The notes beneath the pieces were generated by a model, which saw nothing but the letters and a program-made list of their open reading frames with translations, was not told the origin of the DNA and made no database searches. A stretch of DNA of 63,953 nt, filler included, from an uncultured bacterium (GTDB lineage: Bacteria; DAOPZR01): NCBI GenBank assembly GCA_964637655.1. It is 12 parts of 12 records of this genome, joined end to end, with 100 filler letters (N's around TTAATTAATTAA, not from the genome) between each part and the next. Parts side by side here need not be neighbours in the genome. Positions count along the whole stretch, not along the records: positions 32,778 to 38,051 come from CAZWUZ010000264.1; positions 38,152 to 43,413 come from CAZWUZ010000265.1; positions 43,514 to 48,751 come from CAZWUZ010000266.1; 9 more parts are not named here. One strand, 5' to 3'. Positions 36,265-47,292 of this stretch are shown here, piece after piece (position 1 is the stretch's first letter; the number at the start of each line of letters is the position of its first letter). A program made the position numbers and the translations under genes.

Positions 36265-38051
36265 CTACTTTTCTTCCGGGGCGTCGCCACCGTCGGCGGC
36301 GGCTGCTGGCGCCGCGGCCGCCGCCGGACGCAACGGCGCCGGCCGCGGGGGCGGCTCCGGCGGCGGCCTCAGGGGCCCGCGTGGGGTTTGAAGCGCGCCG
36401 TAATTCGTGTTGCGGTCGTGATAGACCGACTTGCCCGTGCCCGCCGGGATGAGATGCCCGATGACCACGTTTTCCTTCAGGCCGCGCAGCGTGTCCTCGG
36501 CACCGCGGATGGCCGCCTCGGCGAGGATGCGCCGCGTCTCCTGGAACGACGCCGCGGAAATAAAGCTCTCCGTCGCCAGCGACGCCTTGGTCACCCCCAG
36601 CAGCGTGTCCTCGTACTCCGCCGGGATTTCCCCCTTCGCCTTGAGCACCGCGTTGCGCTTCTGCACCGCCTGCCGGTCGACCAGTTCCCCGACGAGGAAC
36701 GGCGTGTCGCCCGAGCGCGTAACCAGCACCTTGCGCAGCATCTGGCGGATGATCACCTCGATGTGCTTGTCGGCGATGGTCACCCCCTGGCCGCGGTACA
36801 CTTCCTGCACCTCGTTGAGCAGGTACTTCTGCAGTTCCGCCACCCCGCGCACCTTGAGGATGTCATACGGGCTGACCGGCCCGTCGGTGAGCGCCGTGCC
36901 CGCCTCGATATGGTCGCCATCCTGCACCTTGAGGTGCAGCCCGAACGGCACCTTGTACTCCTTCTTCTGCGCCTTCCCCTGCACGGTCACCAGCCGGTAG
37001 GGGGAGCGCTCCGCTGCCAGCGAGCCCTTCTTCACCCCGCGCCGCGGCCGGTCCGGGTTGCGGTTGATCTTCACCGCCCCGTCGATCTCCGCCACCTGCG
37101 CGCGGTCGGCGCGCTGCCGCGCCTCGAACAGGTCCTCGACGCGCGGCAGGCCGCCGGTGATGTCCTTGGTCTTGGACAGCGCCTTGGGGATCTTGGCGAA
37201 GATGTCGCCCGCCCGGTAATGCTCGCCGTCCTTCACCATCAGCTGGCACTGGTAGGGGAGGTCGTAGATATCCTCCGCCTCCTCGCCCCGCACCTTGAGC
37301 ACCAGGCGCGGCTGCAGTTCCTTTTCCTTGTCCTCGGTGATGACGCGCACGCTCATGCCGGTGTTCTCGTCGACATCCTCGCGCAGCGTCCGCCCCGGGC
37401 GGATGTCGGCGAACGCCACCTTGCCGCTGCGGCGGCAGAGGATGAGTTCGTTGAACGCGTCGAACTCGGCGATCTTGGTGCCCGCCGGCACCAGCTGGTC
37501 GTCGCCGACCAGCAGCTTGGTCCCCGTCGGCAGCAGGATGCGCTGTTCGCGCCCCAGCACCAGCAGCTGGTTCTTCGCCTCGTGGAAGTGCAGGATCCCC
37601 TCGGCCGGCGCCGGCACGCGCTCGCGCTTGCCGTCCCCGCCCTTGATCTCCATGATCGGGTCACCCGCCGCGACAAACACGCCGCCGGCGAGGATGCGCG
37701 CCCCCTCGGGCACCTTGAGCTGCGCCCGCACGCTGCGGAAGGTCAGCTCGGACTGCTGCATGACGACGATGTCGCTGTCGCACTTGACCGTGCGTGACGG
37801 CACCTCGCTGATGTAGACCGGTTCCTCGTAGCTCGCCTCCTTGAAGCCGCCCGAGCCCAAGGCGATGCCGCCGACGTGGAAGGTGCGCATCGTCAGCTGC
37901 GTGCCGGGTTCGCCGATCGACTGCGCCGCGATGATGCCGACCGGTTCCCCCTCCTCCACCAGCCGCCCGGTCGCCATGTTGCGCCCGTAGCAGAGCACGC
38001 AGACCCCGGTGTCCGCCTCGCAGGTCAGCACCGTGCGGCTCTTGACCTTCT
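36265..38051 (-). CDS. rpoC: RNA polymerase beta' subunit, C-terminal part (5' truncated)
   Basis: [42 protein letters not shown] and [17 protein letters not shown] motifs. Confidence 0.98.
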
Positions 38052-38321
38052 NNNNNNNNNNNNNNNNNNNNNNNNNNNNNNNNNNNNNNNNNNNNTTAAT
38101 TAATTAANNNNNNNNNNNNNNNNNNNNNNNNNNNNNNNNNNNNNNNNNNNNAAGTTGTGCGGACTAGCACCAGCATCATCGAGCCGGACACTGCAGAGTC
38201 GGTTTCATTCGCTCCGCCTATGTATGATTTAGTTTGCTGCCACACACACTATCAAATATTACCTATCATTGTCAAGTCACATCCCGTACGCACCGCGGAA
38301 ACCCGCCAATCAGCCGCACAG

Positions 38322-38693
38322 TCACTTGCCGGCCGCCTTTCTTTTCTTCTGCGGCTGTCCGTCCCCCTGCTTTACCTTGTTGTAGCACGCGATGAACTCG
38401 CTCAGCTTGCTGTCCATCAGGGCGGCCGCCTCGCGCCCCTTCTTCGTGACGGAATAGAACTTGCGCGGATGGCCCGGGCTTTTCAGTTCCCAGCGGACAA
38501 TCACCAGCCCATCCTCCTGCAGGCGGTTCATCAGGGGATAGAGCGTCCCCTCGATGATTTCAATCGCGAACTTGTCCCGCAGGCAGGCAAGAATGTCCAG
38601 GCCGTACTTCTCGCCCTCGTTCATGAGCAGCGTCAGTATCACAAGCTCGAGGTTTCCCTTGCGCATCTGGGATTCCCAGCGTCCCAAGTCCAT
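38322..38693 (-). CDS. PadR family transcriptional regulator
   Basis: SQMRKGNLEL, YG..I, EGTLYPLMNRL and PRKFYSVT..G motifs. Confidence 0.92.
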   Translation of the reverse strand: MDLGRWESQMRKGNLELVILTLLMNEGEKYGLDILACLRDKFAIEIIEGTLYPLMNRLQEDGLVIVRWELKSPGHPRKFYSVTKKGREAAALMDSKLSEFIACYNKVKQGDGQPQKKRKAAGK

Positions 38694-39110
38694 CCTCAGC
38701 TCCTCGCAGCCCTTGCTTCAGCTGTTGTCCCCGTCACTTCCCAGTGGCCGGAATGGCCTCCGAACGGGATGTGCCCGCCGCTCGCCAGCTTGGACCCCGC
38801 CCTTCGTGGCACGGTTTCAGCGGGAATCATCCATTGTTTCGGCGACTCGGCCATGTCATGTCATGCCCCGATACCTCAAGGATATCTCAAGCGCGCAATG
38901 GCGCCCATATGGCGCTTGCGCTCATCAATTTCTTGTTATGGCTGATATTTTGTATCTGGAATATACCCTACGGCCGGAGGCTTGTCAAAGCGTGGAGCAG
39001 GTCTTACGGAGGCGCGCCGTCAGCATGTCCATTAACCCGGCGAATGCCTGCCGCAGACCGGGCAGGCATGACGTCAGGACCAGCGTGATGCCAAGGGCAT
39101 AGAATTCCCG

Positions 39111-40121
39111 TTACGCGCCAAAATACTTGCGCAGCTTGCGCATAAAGCCAAACTCCAGATTGTCTATGGCGCGCGCCATCGCCGCCGAGACGTTCATGTA
39201 GCCTATTTCCCCGAGATAGCCGTAGAACAGCTTGAGGGCCGGCGGCCAATCGACGTATTCCTGCGGCTTGCCGTGCAGCTTACGCAGGAGGAAGTCCTCG
39301 AAAAACTCCTCGAAATGCGCGGATGACACGTCGCGCAAGGTCAGCTCATCGTCGTGGGTATACGCGTAGACGAAATCGAAGTAGATATGCAGGCACTCCG
39401 ATAGCCGGACGAACTCCGGAGCCACCCCCTTGTCGGTCAGCCATTTTTTGAAGCACCGCTCCGCCAAGTCCTTCACCGGTTCCAGCAGGCGCTCGTATTC
39501 TTCGTAGGCACTGCCTTCCAGAATATGGCGGTCAAGCGCGCGAATCTGTTCGAGCAACTCCCGGTCGTCGGCATCCGGCTGAATCGCGGCCGCGTTCGGG
39601 GTCAGCTTGCCGTAGGGAAACGGCGCAATCTCGACATTCAGCTCGTTCCGGATTACGATGAACGGCTGCGTCCTCTCCGCCGGCTGCACCGCCGCCGGGA
39701 ACAGATGCCAGTAGCGCTTCACCATCTTCTGGCGCAGTTCATCCGCCGCCTGGGGTTCCAGCTTGAACGCCGTCGCCAGCGCCTTGATGGTTTCCGCCGC
39801 TTCCATGCCCGTCGCTTCGCGTTCCCCGACATTCATCGCATGGTTCCACAACATGCTGGCCATCTTGAAGGCCGTGTCGAACCCTTGCATGCTGTCATCG
39901 GAGTAGGCGCGGAGCGGCTCGCCGTATTCCATCATCGCCTGCGCCATGCCGACGTGTCTGAACCCCTTGGGCGCTTCCATTTCCGATATTCCAGGACGAT
40001 AGATTATCTGGGCAGGCGCCTGGCGGCGCAGTTGGGCAGCCTTAGTCTTGCGCCGTACCCGCTTCTTTTGCGCCTTCTGGGCGTGGCGTTTGTGAACATT
40101 CTGTTTTTTATTCCTTCTCAT
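39111..40121 (-). CDS. hypothetical protein with basic N-terminus and integrase SAM-like C-terminal helices
   Basis: 336-aa ORF; FEEFF.DFLLRK...ALKLFYGYL.E.GY. Confidence 0.65.
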   Translation of the reverse strand: MRRNKKQNVHKRHAQKAQKKRVRRKTKAAQLRRQAPAQIIYRPGISEMEAPKGFRHVGMAQAMMEYGEPLRAYSDDSMQGFDTAFKMASMLWNHAMNVGEREATGMEAAETIKALATAFKLEPQAADELRQKMVKRYWHLFPAAVQPAERTQPFIVIRNELNVEIAPFPYGKLTPNAAAIQPDADDRELLEQIRALDRHILEGSAYEEYERLLEPVKDLAERCFKKWLTDKGVAPEFVRLSECLHIYFDFVYAYTHDDELTLRDVSSAHFEEFFEDFLLRKLHGKPQEYVDWPPALKLFYGYLGEIGYMNVSAAMARAIDNLEFGFMRKLRKYFGA

Positions 40122-40222
40122 ATTTGCCCCCGTTTACTACCTATCTATCGGGATGTTGCGCACCCCGGAGACTACATTATTCACCACGAGGTGACAATGC
40201 TTGGTTGTCTTTCAATCTCTTG

Positions 40223-40981
40223 TCACGGGAAAAACTGCGGGCCAACAACCGCATTATGCTTTATCGCCTTTCCCAAATCTTTCCAAAACTCAATCATATC
40301 AGCAAGCACAAACGCAATAAATTCACGCGATAACTCGATTTGGTTAACCGCATTTTCAGATATGCCAAATCTTTTAAGCCCCTTGATGGCATCGCTAATT
40401 TTAATACGACTTCTTTCACTCATCATTGATATATCACCACCCGCATGAACAAAACAATCCCGAATCGTGTAGTAATCGATAACCCTCGACCATAACGGGT
40501 GTTCACGAAGACAGACTCCAATGTTTATGCGGAGGAAATATTCGCCACGGCGGATGCCCTTATATTCCGTCATACTATCCCAACCACACAAATCAGGGAA
40601 TTTTTGTTTTTCAATTCCCTTACAAAGGTTAGCAAGGGCGGTTTCAAAGCGTGAGCAAGCTGCGATTAACACCGTAGACCGTATTGTGTTAGGAAATGAC
40701 GAATGCCATCTCTCATATTCGTCTTGATGAAACACATAATACTCCTCACTCTCTTGTTCTGAGAGCTTCTGCGCCTTAACCGCGTTATCTATGCGTTCAT
40801 GGAACTGTCCGGTGCCTGTTTCGATAAATGTTTCTACGACAAAAAGGTATTCTTTGAGGTCGTATATTTCACCTTCGGTACCTATCAGCGACAACGGCGT
40901 CGAAAAGTTAATAAAATTCTGCTCGGTTGGCGGGGTTGCTCGTGGTCTCTGGTTTATGATATTTTCTATTCGTATCGTCAT
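40223..40981 (-). CDS. low-GC hypothetical protein with HEPN-like Rx4H motif
   Basis: GGAGG RBS; S.LI..CSRFE..L..LC and IRDCFVHAGG. Confidence 0.6.
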   Translation of the reverse strand: MTIRIENIINQRPRATPPTEQNFINFSTPLSLIGTEGEIYDLKEYLFVVETFIETGTGQFHERIDNAVKAQKLSEQESEEYYVFHQDEYERWHSSFPNTIRSTVLIAACSRFETALANLCKGIEKQKFPDLCGWDSMTEYKGIRRGEYFLRINIGVCLREHPLWSRVIDYYTIRDCFVHAGGDISMMSERSRIKISDAIKGLKRFGISENAVNQIELSREFIAFVLADMIEFWKDLGKAIKHNAVVGPQFFP

Positions 40982-41051
40982 TGCGTACCTCCCTCCTGAT
41001 GTATTCGAAGATTTCCTTGCTTTGCCTACAGCATTTCGGGACGCCTCATAA

Positions 41052-41999
41052 TCACATTGTCCACCACAACGGAGTAAATCCCGGCAAGGTCGCCTTCTCA
41101 GATTGCACCGCCAAATTGACTGTTCCGCCACAATCGATGTTCCTAGCGATAATGCAGCCGCTGATGTCCCCGCTGCCGGTAATGGTCAACGTACCACGAC
41201 ACACAATCATCCCGGTCAGCTGCGACCCCGGTGCGAGATTAATCAACATGTCACCATTTGCGAACAGCAGCGGCAGTCCCTCCCGTGCTGTCGCAATGGT
41301 CTTCCCCTGCACCGTAATCGTGCCGTCGGCTATCCACGATACATTGTTCATCACGCCCTGGTCCAGGGTAAGCGTTCCCGCCTTGTAGAGGAACCTGTTC
41401 TCGATGCGATAGTCGCGCAGATAGCCCTCAAGGATGCGGTCAGGCCTTCGGGCAAGAAAGTCTTCCAGCTTTGGCAGTTCCGCCCTGTGCATGGCTGCCG
41501 GATAGGTGTCGAGCCACGTGCCATCCGGCAGGGCGCCACTGAATTCCTTGCCGGCATAGACCATGCCGCTGATTGAACCCGACGTGTGCACAGTGAGCTT
41601 TTCCATCGCATACAACGCGTATCGCGTCGGCGAGGTCGTAACGAAGGTGCGCGTGACCATCTGCCCCGTCGTCCCGACCTTTCCCTCCGACGTCACGGCA
41701 TAGCTGATACCGTCCCGGTTCGGGATAACCCGCACCTCGTATCGCCAATCGGGCAGTTCGCGGACCAGCAGCGGGCGCGAATCGCTGCCGTCAGCGTACC
41801 AGGTCGGGTCCTGCTGCAGGTGATACAAGGCTTCCTCAAGCCCGGATTCCGCCGCAGCCTGGGCCTGCAGGCGCTCACCACGCTGCCGGCTCGCAGCCAG
41901 GCGCGACGTGGCAAGATGGCTCAGGCTCAGACCCAGTATGGCCAGCGCGGCGATGAAAATCAGAGCGTTGACCACCGCCGAACCCCGCTGGCTCTTCAT
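41052..41999 (-). CDS. PilX/GspK-like minor pilin
   Basis: QRGSAVV hydrophobic N-terminus; QAQAAAESGLEEAL; VTSEGKVG. Confidence 0.8.
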   Translation of the reverse strand: MKSQRGSAVVNALIFIAALAILGLSLSHLATSRLAASRQRGERLQAQAAAESGLEEALYHLQQDPTWYADGSDSRPLLVRELPDWRYEVRVIPNRDGISYAVTSEGKVGTTGQMVTRTFVTTSPTRYALYAMEKLTVHTSGSISGMVYAGKEFSGALPDGTWLDTYPAAMHRAELPKLEDFLARRPDRILEGYLRDYRIENRFLYKAGTLTLDQGVMNNVSWIADGTITVQGKTIATAREGLPLLFANGDMLINLAPGSQLTGMIVCRGTLTITGSGDISGCIIARNIDCGGTVNLAVQSEKATLPGFTPLWWTM

Positions 42000-42508
42000 G
42001 GCGTGTTCTGCTCTGCCAAAGGATACGGCTTGGCCAGCGCCGAAGCCCCGCCGACCGGCAACGTGCAGCACAGGCTCGGCCGGTTCGCAATCCTGCATGT
42101 CACAATCACGGCAGCGTTATCGCTGCCCTTCGCGAATGACATTTCCGAAACTTCAGCCCGCAGGACGGTTTCTTCGTAGTCACGGCGCCGTATCAGGCGC
42201 GGGGAAGGTGCCTGCTGAAACTCGTACACGAGCAATTCCTGATGTTCGCTGCCGTCGTCGCCGATTGCCGTCCGGCGCAGGCCCAGCCGGTTCTGCTCGG
42301 CGAAATCAATCGTTTTGGCGGTTCGCAGGTCTTCGGCAAGCATCGACATCACCATCTCGCCCTGGTCTGTCTGCTCCTGCCGCTCGCGGTATTTCGTATA
42401 GGCAAACACCCCGCTGCGATACAGAGAAAGCGTCGCCATCATCACCATCGCCAGAATGGTCGCCGCGAGCAGCAGCTCTATCATGGTCATCCCGCGCGCG
42501 TTCTTCAC
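41996..42508 (-). CDS. prepilin-type (PilW/GspJ-like) protein
   Basis: RG-MTMIELLLAATIL N-methylation motif; LAEDLRTA. Confidence 0.85.
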   Translation of the reverse strand: MKNARGMTMIELLLAATILAMVMMATLSLYRSGVFAYTKYRERQEQTDQGEMVMSMLAEDLRTAKTIDFAEQNRLGLRRTAIGDDGSEHQELLVYEFQQAPSPRLIRRRDYEETVLRAEVSEMSFAKGSDNAAVIVTCRIANRPSLCCTLPVGGASALAKPYPLAEQNTP

Positions 42509-43047
42509 TGAAGATAGCACTCCCAGCGCACGGTGCGCAGCCACTGCAGGACGTACTCTTCGCCTTCGGTGCTCGTCACCCGGATGCGGCACAGCACGAA
42601 GTCGGACTGCCCGGCCGGCACTTCCTTCGAGAAGTCGTCCTTGTCCACGTACATGATTTCCGTCGCCAGCGTGTAGGCGGCGAGGGCCTCGCTGGGCCGC
42701 CCGCTTTCGTCGGTCGGGGAACCGCTCCAGCCGGCGTAGTCGTCGAGGTCGTCGAAAGTGCTCCGGTCGTCGCGCCATTCCCCCGCCTCAGGGCCAAATG
42801 TCGGGGTCTGGTTCGGGTCGACCACCGGCAACCTGTCCATCTCGGTCTTCAGCGAGGTAGCCAGCCAGCGCGAGTAGTACTGCGCCTCGTGGCGTGCCGT
42901 CACCGTTCCTGCCACATCGAACGCCCGCAGCAGGGACACAGAGGCAATGGCGGTGATGGCCGCCGCCACCAGCAGTTCTACCAGGGTATATCCGGATTGG
43001 CCGCTTGCGCTGTTTGTCTTCTGGGGTTGTGCTTCGTTCTCGCGCAT
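42505..43047 (-). CDS. prepilin-type (PilV/GspI-like) protein
   Basis: SG-YTLVELLVAAAI; RSTFDDLDDYAG. Confidence 0.85.
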   Translation of the reverse strand: MRENEAQPQKTNSASGQSGYTLVELLVAAAITAIASVSLLRAFDVAGTVTARHEAQYYSRWLATSLKTEMDRLPVVDPNQTPTFGPEAGEWRDDRSTFDDLDDYAGWSGSPTDESGRPSEALAAYTLATEIMYVDKDDFSKEVPAGQSDFVLCRIRVTSTEGEEYVLQWLRTVRWECYLQ

Positions 43048-43057
43048 CTGCTTGCGC

Positions 43058-43413
43058 TTAGCGGCTGATACTGACCGTATCAGTGACAACATTCGGCGGC
43101 GCCGGAATGCCATCAATCGCCAGATGCGGGGTGATGTAGAACACCAGCTCACTCTGGCGTTCCGACTCGCGGTGCGTGGTGAACAGCGCGCCAAGAAGCG
43201 GAATGCGACCGAGCACCGGCACGCGGTCCTCGGTCAGCGAAGTGCGCGATTCGATGAGGCCGCCGATGACGATGGTCTGCCCGTCGCGCACCGCCAGCTC
43301 CGTGGTCGCGTTGCGGGTCGAGATGGCCGGCAATCCCTCGGCGTTCACCTGTCCCGGGGAGCTTACCTCCGCCTTGACCTTCACCGTGATGCGGTCCGCG
43401 CCTTCGCTGCTCC
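43058..43413 (-). CDS. type II secretion/type IV pilus secretin, C-terminus (5' truncated)
   Basis: VRDGQTIVIGGL, VPVLGRIPLLGALF and ELVFYITP motifs. Confidence 0.9.
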
Positions 43414-43513
43414 NNNNNNNNNNNNNNNNNNNNNNNNNNNNNNNNNNNNNNNNNNNNTTAATTAATTAANNNNNNNNNNNNNNNNNNNNNNNNNNNNNNN
43501 NNNNNNNNNNNNN

Positions 43514-44752
43514 AGCGGCATTTTCCGCCGTAACTCGACCGCCGATCTGCTCACCCATGATCACGTACTCGGTCCATTGTACTTCATCCAGCGCCGGCCA
43601 GAGGAAATGCATCCGGAGCGGATACGCCACCACCGTGCCTAGGCAAAGCACCAGTACCGGGACAAGCGCATACCACCCGAGCAGCCGTTCCCAACCCCGG
43701 GCAATCAGTATTCCGGCCAACGGGGCCAGGAAGACAACGTGACGATGACTGTAGGAAACCGGGTCATAGCCGTTATCCATGCCCGGAACATACCGCAGGA
43801 GCATCACCGCCGCCAGATGCAACACCCCGAACAGCAGGATACCACCGGCCAGCATATCCCCCGGGCAACTTTTCCGTCCGCGCCGCGCCAATACGAGCAA
43901 CAGCAGCACAACCGCGACCGCGAGCATCAGGGTATGCAACATGGCGAGAACCGGAGGAAGGTCCAGTCCGGTCATCCAGGTGACACCCAACCGCTGCAGG
44001 AGCACCCCGGTTTCCTGCCAGGAGAATCCCGCAATACCAATTGACTGGTTGTGCACCAGCCAGAACAGCTGCACCTCTCCCGCGGCAGCCGCCACCAGCA
44101 CTCCCGTCGCCAATCCCACCAGCAGGCTGCGCCATGCGTGCCTGCCGCTGGTCACCGGCATGAATATCCCGAGGACCGGCAACAGCAGCAGAAATCCGCG
44201 GTAGAGCACACAGGCGTACACAACAAATGCGGTTAGTACTGCCAGACGCCAGCCGGGGCGATGGAACCCATACGCCAGCAGACAGGCGAGCAGGGCGAGG
44301 CACAAGCTCCCGTTCAGCATGCGTTCGTCGCAGTACCACGACAGCTGGGCATATGCCGGCGTGGTTGCCAACAGTAGCAGCCCGGCCGGCAGGACAGTCC
44401 GCCGCCCCCACAACCGGTTGACAGCGAGCAGCCAGCAGATGAACCAGAGGAGGTTGCGCGCCAGACAGTAGGCGAACACCGGCAGAGGTGATTCCCCGAG
44501 AAGACGGATAGCACCAGCCATAAGCAGTAATTCGGGCTGTGTGAGGTCTGTGTTCTGGTATTCCGACAGGTCCCGCCAGGCGACGGCCCCGCGCAGGTAT
44601 TCGGCGACTGTCGCGGGAAACACTAGCGTCTCCTCGTTCCATGCCTCGGCAGGGAACGCTCGCAGCAGCAGCAGCTGAAACGCCACAAACGCCAGACAGA
44701 AGACCGTTATATACAGCGTCGGGCAGTGCCCTTTCCGCGCGATAATCGTCAT
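43514..44752 (-). CDS. polytopic membrane protein, possible GT-C glycosyltransferase (3' truncated)
   Basis: More than 10 hydrophobic segments; located in a glycosyltransferase/radical SAM cluster. Confidence 0.55.
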
Positions 44753-44837
44753 ACCTACTCCCCGTTCACTATAGCATCGCGTCTTTCATCCGGTCGAGAT
44801 TGCGCGGTATCTCCATACAGCCCGCACATCGCGTCAG

Positions 44838-45974
44838 TCACGGCAGCAGGCTGCGAACCATGCCAGCAGCCGTATGCGCCCCAAGCCGCGCAAGACCGAT
44901 ACCGGTATGCAGGATCTCGCTGGTCAGCGCACATTCCCACGTGCAAGCGCAAGCCGTTCCGGCACGCCAGTTCAACAGGGTGCATGCCTGCTCTGATTCG
45001 AGCAGATGCGCGAGATTGCAGTTGAAATCGTGCAGATTACCCAGCCCCCCTGGGGGCGGCGGGACGGCACAGCGGTATGCACCGGATGCGGCCAACGGCT
45101 CACACGGGTAGACATCGCCATTGGCATAGATAACCACGAGGTGTGTCCCCGCGCAACAAACGACATTCGACCGCTGCCCCGTTGCTACCGCAGTTACTGC
45201 CGCACAGTGCTGGCCGGCAATCGCATCCTGGATTCTCGTGTATGGGTTCCGCCCGCCACGGGCGCGCATGCCGGTCCGCCGCCAGGCGTGCATCGCTTGA
45301 TACGCGGTAATAGGAAATTCACCAGCGGTGGAATCGCGATACGGAGGTCGTGCGTAGGCGATAGCCAGCGGTGCCGCAGGAAACCTGCTTTCCGCCAATT
45401 CTACTATTTCCCGATACTTCGCCTGGTTGAACGCCGACACGACACAGTTGAGCACGCAGGAAACGTTGGGATGACTGCGGCAGAACCGGGTGATGGCGGC
45501 ATACGTCAGACAGAGTTGTGCATAGCTTCCGGGGACCCCCATGGTAGCATCATGCAACGCTTCCCCGCCATGCAACGGCAAGCAGAGATTGAGAAAACCC
45601 CAGGGGCAGAGGGCGACAAACTCCCGCATCAACCGCATCACGCGCTCGGGATGCAACGCATTGGTCGGCACGGTGATGAAGCGGGTGCCGGCCTGCTCAT
45701 AGAACAGCCCGATAATCCGATGCACATCCTCACGCAGTAGCGGTTCTCCTCCGGAAAGAGTCAGTTGCGGGATTGGTCCCATACTGCGGGTCAACAAATC
45801 GATCTGGGCGAGCGTAAGCGGCGGCGCCATACGCGCCTGCGGTCGCGGCGCCGCCGTGCAACACATGCGGCAGCGGGCGTCGCATGCCGTCAGCACATGC
45901 AGAATCAAATACCGCGGCGTCCCGCGCCTGATTGCACGGAAGTACTGTGCCGCCGCTGCAAAGTGTCGGCGCAT
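44838..45974 (-). CDS. radical SAM protein with SPASM/Twitch domain
   Basis: CDARCRMC, LSGGEPLLR, C.AG...IYANGDVYPCE and CACTWEC motifs. Confidence 0.88.
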   Translation of the reverse strand: MRRHFAAAAQYFRAIRRGTPRYLILHVLTACDARCRMCCTAAPRPQARMAPPLTLAQIDLLTRSMGPIPQLTLSGGEPLLREDVHRIIGLFYEQAGTRFITVPTNALHPERVMRLMREFVALCPWGFLNLCLPLHGGEALHDATMGVPGSYAQLCLTYAAITRFCRSHPNVSCVLNCVVSAFNQAKYREIVELAESRFPAAPLAIAYARPPYRDSTAGEFPITAYQAMHAWRRTGMRARGGRNPYTRIQDAIAGQHCAAVTAVATGQRSNVVCCAGTHLVVIYANGDVYPCEPLAASGAYRCAVPPPPGGLGNLHDFNCNLAHLLESEQACTLLNWRAGTACACTWECALTSEILHTGIGLARLGAHTAAGMVRSLLP

Positions 45975-47029
45975 CAGCGTCGTGGCTCTGCCGAGTTACG
46001 TGGGCGAAAAGCGGTGCTCGCTGCGACCCACAAACCGTGAACACCACCGGCCATGATCACGGGCGAGGATAGCAGGTGCACACTAAAACACCACAGCAAG
46101 AAAGCGCCGTTGCCGTCACTCCAGCTCCAGGCCTGGCGGAGAAACCGTCGCAGGCAGCAGCCATACACCGCCACCATGGTCAATCCGGCCGCCGCGGGCA
46201 ACGCCCTCCCCGGAAAGGGCAGCAGACATGCCAGCAGCAGTATGCACCCGGTCCCGCCCCAAAGCCGCAAGAGCGCTTCACGGCGCGAAACTTGCGTGGC
46301 ATCCAACGGCGGACGACGTTTCAGGTAGTATGGGACAAACAGTGCGGTACGCAGATAGTAATTGCGCATGAGCCGCAAAACCGATTCCGGAAAGGCATGG
46401 TACGCGTACGGCGTTCGGGTAATAGCGCATCTGCAGTGTGCGCTCAGCCGCTTGCCGAAATCGTAGTCCTCATGGGCATTGGTGGCATAGCCCGGATCGA
46501 AGCCGTTCACGGCAATAAACGCCGCGCGCCGCACCGCGCCGTTACGGGTTGTGAATCCGCTATGCCTTCCGCTGTCCACGCCGGGGGGCAGCAGACCGGA
46601 AAACCAATAGTGTTCTATCGCCGCACCAAAATTCCTGATGGGATTATCCCCGGCGGAATACGGCTGGCTAAAAAAGGAAACCGCCTGCAGCACCGGGTCG
46701 GCGTTCATCAAGGCAAGGGCTTTTTCCGCCATGCCGGGAGCGTATTCCACGTCCGCGTCAAGAAAAAACAGCACCTCGCCACGCGCCGTTGCAGCCGCGG
46801 CGTTGCGCGCCGCCGCCGGGCCGCGACTCCGCGTCGATCGAAGGCATCTTGCACCGTATGCGGCAGCGCAGGCAGTCAGATCTTCGCGGGAACCGTCGTC
46901 CGCGACAATTATTTCGCAAGGTACGGCCGCCCCCACATGCGCGTTCAGGCAGTCCAGCAACCGTTCCAGTCTCACCCGGGCATCGCGGACCGGAATGATA
47001 AATGAAACGAGGATACCGGAAACACTCAT
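45974..47029 (-). CDS. family 2 glycosyltransferase
   Basis: SFIIPVRD, ADDGS, GPAAARN, FLDADV, GFD and EDYDF motifs. Confidence 0.92.
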   Translation of the reverse strand: MSVSGILVSFIIPVRDARVRLERLLDCLNAHVGAAVPCEIIVADDGSREDLTACAAAYGARCLRSTRSRGPAAARNAAAATARGEVLFFLDADVEYAPGMAEKALALMNADPVLQAVSFFSQPYSAGDNPIRNFGAAIEHYWFSGLLPPGVDSGRHSGFTTRNGAVRRAAFIAVNGFDPGYATNAHEDYDFGKRLSAHCRCAITRTPYAYHAFPESVLRLMRNYYLRTALFVPYYLKRRPPLDATQVSRREALLRLWGGTGCILLLACLLPFPGRALPAAAGLTMVAVYGCCLRRFLRQAWSWSDGNGAFLLWCFSVHLLSSPVIMAGGVHGLWVAASTAFRPRNSAEPRR

Positions 47030-47292
47030 GTCCGTTGTTGTTCCCCTTTTCCGCAGCCTGCATGTCAGAGTGTCGGGAGCCGTCACATTGCTACGACGAC
47101 CACCTTCCACCCAGCCACCGCCGAGCGCTGCGAGTAGCCTCGCTACCTTGTCAATCGTAGCACCCGCTTTCCCCGGCGTCAACAACACCATGCTAAACGC
47201 CATACGTTATTCAGGCAGCTTCTATGTGAGGCAACGGCCCACCTTTCGAGTAGATATTTCATGAGGCATCACGAATTACGCGGTATTTGGAT

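Noticed and set aside
38694-38990. Hairpin and short ORF upstream of padR as a riboswitch or leader peptide
   Set aside because: No recognisable riboswitch consensus and no supporting RBS or motif.
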